DNA of 40,153 nt, taken from the sequence record OZ335957.1. One strand, written 5' to 3'. Below the pieces are notes generated by a model. That model did not search any database and was not told where the DNA came from. It saw only the letters and a program-made list of their open reading frames with translations. This DNA comes from a phage. Numbering within the stretch: the first letter of the stretch is position 1; every line of letters starts with the position of its first letter. Shown here one piece after another: positions 35,823 through 40,153 of the stretch. A program made the translations under genes and the position numbers.

Positions 35823-38800
35823 ATGTCCACGATTACACAATTCCCTTCAGGAAACACTCAGTACAGGATTGAGTTCGACTACCTAGCCAGAACGTTTGTT
35901 GTTGTTACGCTGGTGAATAACTCTAACCCTACCCTGAACCGTGTACTGGAAGTTGGTCGAGATTATCGATTCCTTAATCCAACGATGATTGAGATGTTGG
36001 TTGACCAATCAGGTTTCGACATCGTTCGCATTCACCGTCAGACTGGAACTGACTTAGTGGTAGACTTCAGGAATGGCTCAGTGTTGACGGCTAGTGACCT
36101 GACAAATTCAGAGCTTCAGGCTATCCATATTGCAGAAGAAGGTCGAGACCAAACGGTTGACTTAGCGAAGGAATATGCCGATGCTGCTGGTAGCTCTGCT
36201 GGCAACGCTAAGGATAGCGAGGACGAAGCACGCCGAATCGCTGAGAGTATCAGGGAAGCTGGTCTAATTGGCTATATGACCCGTCGCTCCTTCGAGAAAG
36301 GCTACAACGTTACAACATGGAGCGAGGTCCTGCTATGGGAAGAGGATGGTGATTATTACCGCTGGGATGGTACGCTTCCAAAGAACGTTCCTGCTGGTTC
36401 AACTCCTGAAACTTCCGGTGGGATTGGATTAGGTGCGTGGGTTAGTGTTGGTGATGCTGCTTTAAGAAGTCAGATTTCAAACCCGGAAGGGGCAATACTC
36501 TACCCTGAATTACATAGAGCACGCTGGCTTGATGAAAATGATGTTCGTGGTTGGGGTGCTAAAGGGGATGGTGTCACTGATGATACAGCAGCGTTAACGA
36601 GCGCATTAAACGACATACCGGTTGGACAAAAGATTAATGGCAATGGGAAGACATATAAGGTCACATCCCTGCCTGACATTAGTCGCTTCATCAACACTCG
36701 TTTCGTTTATGAGCGCATTCCCGGACAACCTCTTTATTATGCCTCTGAAGAATTTGTTCAGGGTGAGTTGTTCAAAATAACGGACACCCCTTATTACAAT
36801 GCGTGGCCTCAGGATAAAGCGTTCGTATATGATAATGTGATATATGCACCTTACATGGGTAGCGATCGTCATGGTGTTAGTCGTCTGCATGTGTCATGGG
36901 TTAAGTCTGGTGATGATGGTCAAACATGGTCTACTCCAGAGTGGCTAACTGATCTGCATCCAGATTACCCTACAGTGAACTATCACTGTATGAGTATGGG
37001 TGTATGTCGCAACCGTCTGTTTGCCATGATTGAAACACGTACTTTAGCCAATAACGCATTAACCAATTGTGCATTGTGGGATCGCCCCATGTCTCGTAGC
37101 CTGCATCTTACTGGTGGTATCACTAAAGCTGCAAATCAGCGATATGCAACAATACATGTACCAGACCACGGACTATTCGTGGGTGATTTTGTTAACTTCT
37201 CTAATTCTGCGGTAACAGGTGTATCCGGTGATATGACTGTTGCAACCGTAATAGATAAGGACAACTTCACGGTTCTTACACCCAACCAGCAGACTTCAGA
37301 TTTGAATAACGCTGGAAAGAATTGGCACATGGGTACTTCTTTCCATAAGTCTCCATGGCGTAAGACAGACCTTGGTCTAATCCCTCGTGTCACAGAGGTG
37401 CATAGCTTTGCTACTATTGATAACAATGGCTTTGTTATGGGCTATCATCAAGGCGATGTAGCTCCACGCGAAGTTGGGCTTTTCTACTTCCCTGATGCTT
37501 TCAATAGCCCATCTAGTTATGTTCGTCGTCAGATACCATCTGAGTATGAACCAGATGCGTCAGAGCCGTGCATCAAGTACTATGACGGTGTATTATACCT
37601 TATCACTCGTGGCACTCGTGGGGATAGACTAGGTAGCTCTTTGCATCGTAGTAGAGACATAGGTCAGACTTGGGAGTCACTGAGATTTCCACATAATGTT
37701 CATCATACTACATTACCTTTTGCTAAAGTAGGGGATGACCTTATTATGTTTGGTTCAGAACGTGCAGAAAATGAATGGGAAGCAGGTGCACCAGATGATA
37801 GGTACAAGGCATCTTATCCTCGCACCTTCTATGCACGCTTGAATGTAAACAATTGGAATGCAGATGATATTGAATGGGTTAACATCACTGACCAGATTTA
37901 TCAGGGCGGAATAGTTAACTCAGGTGTAGGTGTTGGTTCGGTAGTTGTGAAGGATAATTACATCTACTACATGTTTGGTGGAGAGGACCATTTTAACCCA
38001 TGGACATATGGAGATAACTCAGCGAGGGACCCATTCAAATCAGATGGTCATCCCTCAGATTTGTATTGCTACAAAATGAAGATTGGCCCAAGCAATCATG
38101 TTTCCCGTGATTTCAGGTATGGTGCTGTACCTAACAGAGCTGTTCCCGTGTTTTTTGATACGAATGGGATTCGCACTGTTCCTGCGCCAATGGAATTTAC
38201 AGGGGATTTGGGTTTAGGTCATGTGACCATTAGAGCCAGCACCAGTAGTAACATTCGCTCTGAAGTTTTAATGGAAGGTGAATATGGGTTTATCGGGAAA
38301 TCTATACCGACTGATAACCCGGCAGGGCAGCGCACCATATTTTGCGGGGGTGAAGGCACCAGTTCAACGACTGGCGCACAGATTACGCTTCATGGTGCAA
38401 ATAGCACCGACTCAAGGCGAATAGTTTACAATGGTGATGAGCATCTGTTCCAGACTGCTGACGTTAAGCCTTATCACGATAACGTCACTGCGCTTGGTGG
38501 ACCACGTAACCGTTTCACAACTGCATATCTCGGAAGCAACCCTATTGTTACTTCTAATGGGGAGAGGAAAACAGAGCCGGTAGTTTTTGATGATGCTTTC
38601 CTAGATGCCTGGGATGACGTTCACTACATCATGTATCAATGGTTAGACGCTGTTCAACTGAAAGGCAATGATGCTCGTATTCACTTCGGGGTTATTGCTC
38701 AGCAAATTCGTGATGTATTCATTGCACACGGTCTGATGGATGAAAACAGTACGAATTGTCGTTATGCAGTTCTGTGCTATGACAAGTATCCACGGATGAC

Positions 38801-39017
38801 TGATACGGTATTTTCGCACTATGAAATCATTGAACACACTGACGAGGAGGGTAATGTCACTACTACGGAAGAGCCTGTATTCACTGAGGTGGTTATCCAT
38901 GAAGAGGGTGAGGAGTGGGGTGTTCGGCCTGACGGAATTTTCTTTGCTGAAGCCGCTTATCAGAGAAGAAAACTGAAAAGAATCGAAGCCAGACTTTCTG
39001 CTCTTGAACAGAAGTAA
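35823..39017 (+). CDS. 17: Tailspike endosialidase (endo-N-acetylneuraminidase) with T7 gp17-like N-terminal adaptor and C-terminal intramolecular chaperone domain
   Basis: 1064 aa; N-terminus FDYLARTFVVVTL like T7 gp17; Asp boxes SGDDGQTW (36906-36929) and SRDIGQTW (37650-37673); C-terminal 153 aa after Ser911 with S74-type chaperone motifs. Confidence 0.93.
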   Translation: MSTITQFPSGNTQYRIEFDYLARTFVVVTLVNNSNPTLNRVLEVGRDYRFLNPTMIEMLVDQSGFDIVRIHRQTGTDLVVDFRNGSVLTASDLTNSELQAIHIAEEGRDQTVDLAKEYADAAGSSAGNAKDSEDEARRIAESIREAGLIGYMTRRSFEKGYNVTTWSEVLLWEEDGDYYRWDGTLPKNVPAGSTPETSGGIGLGAWVSVGDAALRSQISNPEGAILYPELHRARWLDENDVRGWGAKGDGVTDDTAALTSALNDIPVGQKINGNGKTYKVTSLPDISRFINTRFVYERIPGQPLYYASEEFVQGELFKITDTPYYNAWPQDKAFVYDNVIYAPYMGSDRHGVSRLHVSWVKSGDDGQTWSTPEWLTDLHPDYPTVNYHCMSMGVCRNRLFAMIETRTLANNALTNCALWDRPMSRSLHLTGGITKAANQRYATIHVPDHGLFVGDFVNFSNSAVTGVSGDMTVATVIDKDNFTVLTPNQQTSDLNNAGKNWHMGTSFHKSPWRKTDLGLIPRVTEVHSFATIDNNGFVMGYHQGDVAPREVGLFYFPDAFNSPSSYVRRQIPSEYEPDASEPCIKYYDGVLYLITRGTRGDRLGSSLHRSRDIGQTWESLRFPHNVHHTTLPFAKVGDDLIMFGSERAENEWEAGAPDDRYKASYPRTFYARLNVNNWNADDIEWVNITDQIYQGGIVNSGVGVGSVVVKDNYIYYMFGGEDHFNPWTYGDNSARDPFKSDGHPSDLYCYKMKIGPSNHVSRDFRYGAVPNRAVPVFFDTNGIRTVPAPMEFTGDLGLGHVTIRASTSSNIRSEVLMEGEYGFIGKSIPTDNPAGQRTIFCGGEGTSSTTGAQITLHGANSTDSRRIVYNGDEHLFQTADVKPYHDNVTALGGPRNRFTTAYLGSNPIVTSNGERKTEPVVFDDAFLDAWDDVHYIMYQWLDAVQLKGNDARIHFGVIAQQIRDVFIAHGLMDENSTNCRYAVLCYDKYPRMTDTVFSHYEIIEHTDEEGNVTTTEEPVFTEVVIHEEGEEWGVRPDGIFFAEAAYQRRKLKRIEARLSALEQK

Positions 39018-39151
39018 TAAACAAAAACCTTTTGCCATTAAGTTGGTGGGGTAGATGTTAGAAGGTTGTGGAGGTAGAGGCTAACTACACGCTAAACAAC
39101 ATAGGGTAACAACTTTGGGTCACGGACGACCCGCTTTAAACTGGAGGTTTT

Positions 39152-39346
39152 ATGATTGAGTTAGACTTCAAGAATGAGGTCCTTAAAGCCTCTCCTATAG
39201 TCGGGACCGCTGCGGCTGATGGTGCCAGTCGGTTCTTCTTCGGACTCACACTTAACGAATGGTTCTACGTTGCAGCTATCGCGTACACCGTTGTCCAGAT
39301 TGGTGTGCTAGTCTACAAAACGATTAAAGGAGGTGGTAAAACATGA
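39152..39346 (+). CDS. 17.5: Holin (T7 gp17.5-like)
   Basis: 64 aa; LNEWFYVAAIAYTVVQIG transmembrane segment nearly identical to T7 gp17.5. Confidence 0.85.
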   Translation: MIELDFKNEVLKASPIVGTAAADGASRFFFGLTLNEWFYVAAIAYTVVQIGVLVYKTIKGGGKT

Positions 39347-39606
39347 CGCAGATGGACTTAGAGAAGTTCCTCTTGATGCTAGATACTGAACGTGCTCGAC
39401 TCATGCTGCAAGACCTGCGGGATGACACTAAGCGTTCACCTCAGCTTTACAACGCCATTGAGAAGCTACTGGCTCGTCACAACTTCGTGCTAAGCAAGGT
39501 GTCTGTAGACGAGAAGACTCTGGCTGATATGGAGGCCCTGAACGCAGAGTACGATAAGGTTCTTTCAGCGACTGAGGATAATGACACAGGGTATGGTGTT
39601 CAATAA
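39343..39606 (+). CDS. 18: Terminase small subunit (T7 gp18-like)
   Basis: 87 aa; LLMLDTERARLMLQDL...RSPQLYNAIEKLLARH matches T7 gp18. Confidence 0.88.
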   Translation: MTQMDLEKFLLMLDTERARLMLQDLRDDTKRSPQLYNAIEKLLARHNFVLSKVSVDEKTLADMEALNAEYDKVLSATEDNDTGYGVQ

Positions 39607-39610
39607 GTGT

Positions 39611-39655
39611 TAGACTCAAGGTCATTACTATATGTAGTGGCCTTTATGGTTAACA
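39611..39655 (+). promoter_or_regulatory. Conserved hairpin element, copy 3 (RNase III site-like, R18.5 position)
   Basis: TAGACTCAAGGTCATTACTATATGTAGTGGCCTTTATGGTTAAC. Confidence 0.4.
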
Positions 39656-39707
39656 CTAACTAGTGGAGGAGACTCTACGTGAAATCTGATAAACCGGGAG
39701 GGCAACT

Positions 39708-40153
39708 ATGCTCGAATTTTTAAAGAGAGCGGCTCCGTGGTTACTTGCAGCAGTGATGTTTGCTGGTGGCTACCACACCGCTAACAATAAGTGGGAGGCT
39801 AAGGTCAATGAAGAATACACCTCGAATCTTAAGGCATCGGAAGATACAAGGCTTGCTGTCCAAGCTGAAGTCAACAAAGTGTCCAAACGGTTTCAGGACG
39901 AAATGTCCTCGCTGGAAGGCAGCACTGATAGGATTATTGCTGACCTTCAGTCTGACAATAAGCGGCTGCGCATCCGAGTCAAACCAACGAGTGGAACCAC
40001 GCAAAGTGACGGTCGATGCGTCATTGATGGTTACGCCGAACTTGACGAACGAGATGCTAAACGTCTTATCGCCATCGGAGTGAAAGGAGACAAGTGGATT
40101 AAGGCCCTTCAGGACACTGTGAGAGCCTTGCAGCAAGATAAGGAGGTGACGCA
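39708..40153 (+). CDS. 18.5: i-spanin (Rz-like, T7 gp18.5-like), 3' end truncated by window edge
   Basis: MLEFLKRAAPWLLAAVMFAGG N-terminal TM; EGSTDRIIADLQSDNKRLRIRVK and DERDAKRLIA match T7 gp18.5; GGGAGGG RBS. Confidence 0.85.
   Translation, partial: MLEFLKRAAPWLLAAVMFAGGYHTANNKWEAKVNEEYTSNLKASEDTRLAVQAEVNKVSKRFQDEMSSLEGSTDRIIADLQSDNKRLRIRVKPTSGTTQSDGRCVIDGYAELDERDAKRLIAIGVKGDKWIKALQDTVRALQQDKEVT
39808..40083 (+). CDS. 18.7: o-spanin (Rz1-like lipoprotein, T7 gp18.7-like) nested in +1 frame inside i-spanin gene
   Basis: Lipobox LTISGC; PRWKAALIGLLL and SLMVTPNLTNEMLNV match T7 gp18.7; GGGAGG RBS. Confidence 0.8.
   Translation: MKNTPRILRHRKIQGLLSKLKSTKCPNGFRTKCPRWKAALIGLLLTFSLTISGCASESNQRVEPRKVTVDASLMVTPNLTNEMLNVLSPSE

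Overview
The window is an almost complete, circularly permuted genome of a T7-like lytic podophage (Autographiviridae, T7/T3/K1F group), with every supported gene on the + strand. It opens at the first codon (TTG) of the large terminase gene and runs through the concatemer junction (genome left terminus TCTCACAGT at about 2532), the terminal repeat and the host-promoter early region. It continues through an Ocr-like anti-restriction gene, the single-subunit RNA polymerase, the DNA-metabolism module (ligase, SSB, endonuclease I, lysozyme, primase-helicase, DNA polymerase, exonuclease) and the structural module (portal, scaffold, capsid with a -1 frameshift extension, tail tube, internal core proteins). 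It ends with a 1064-aa endosialidase-type tailspike, holin, small terminase and nested spanins truncated at the window end. Ten canonical phage promoters share the core CTATCACTATAGG (dominant form CTAAACTATCACTATAGG), with two divergent copies; there are two intrinsic terminators and a recurring hairpin element at positions expected for RNase III sites. No tRNA, rRNA, CRISPR array, integrase or transposase was seen. I found no multi-gene undescribed system; the most interesting loci are unrecognised ORFs at positions where T7 has no gene or a different one (12207-12665, 18410-18865, 25858-26085, the early region lacking a gene 0.7 kinase) and the non-SLT N-terminus of gp16. All homology statements rest on by-eye comparison with remembered T7 sequences, not on database searches.
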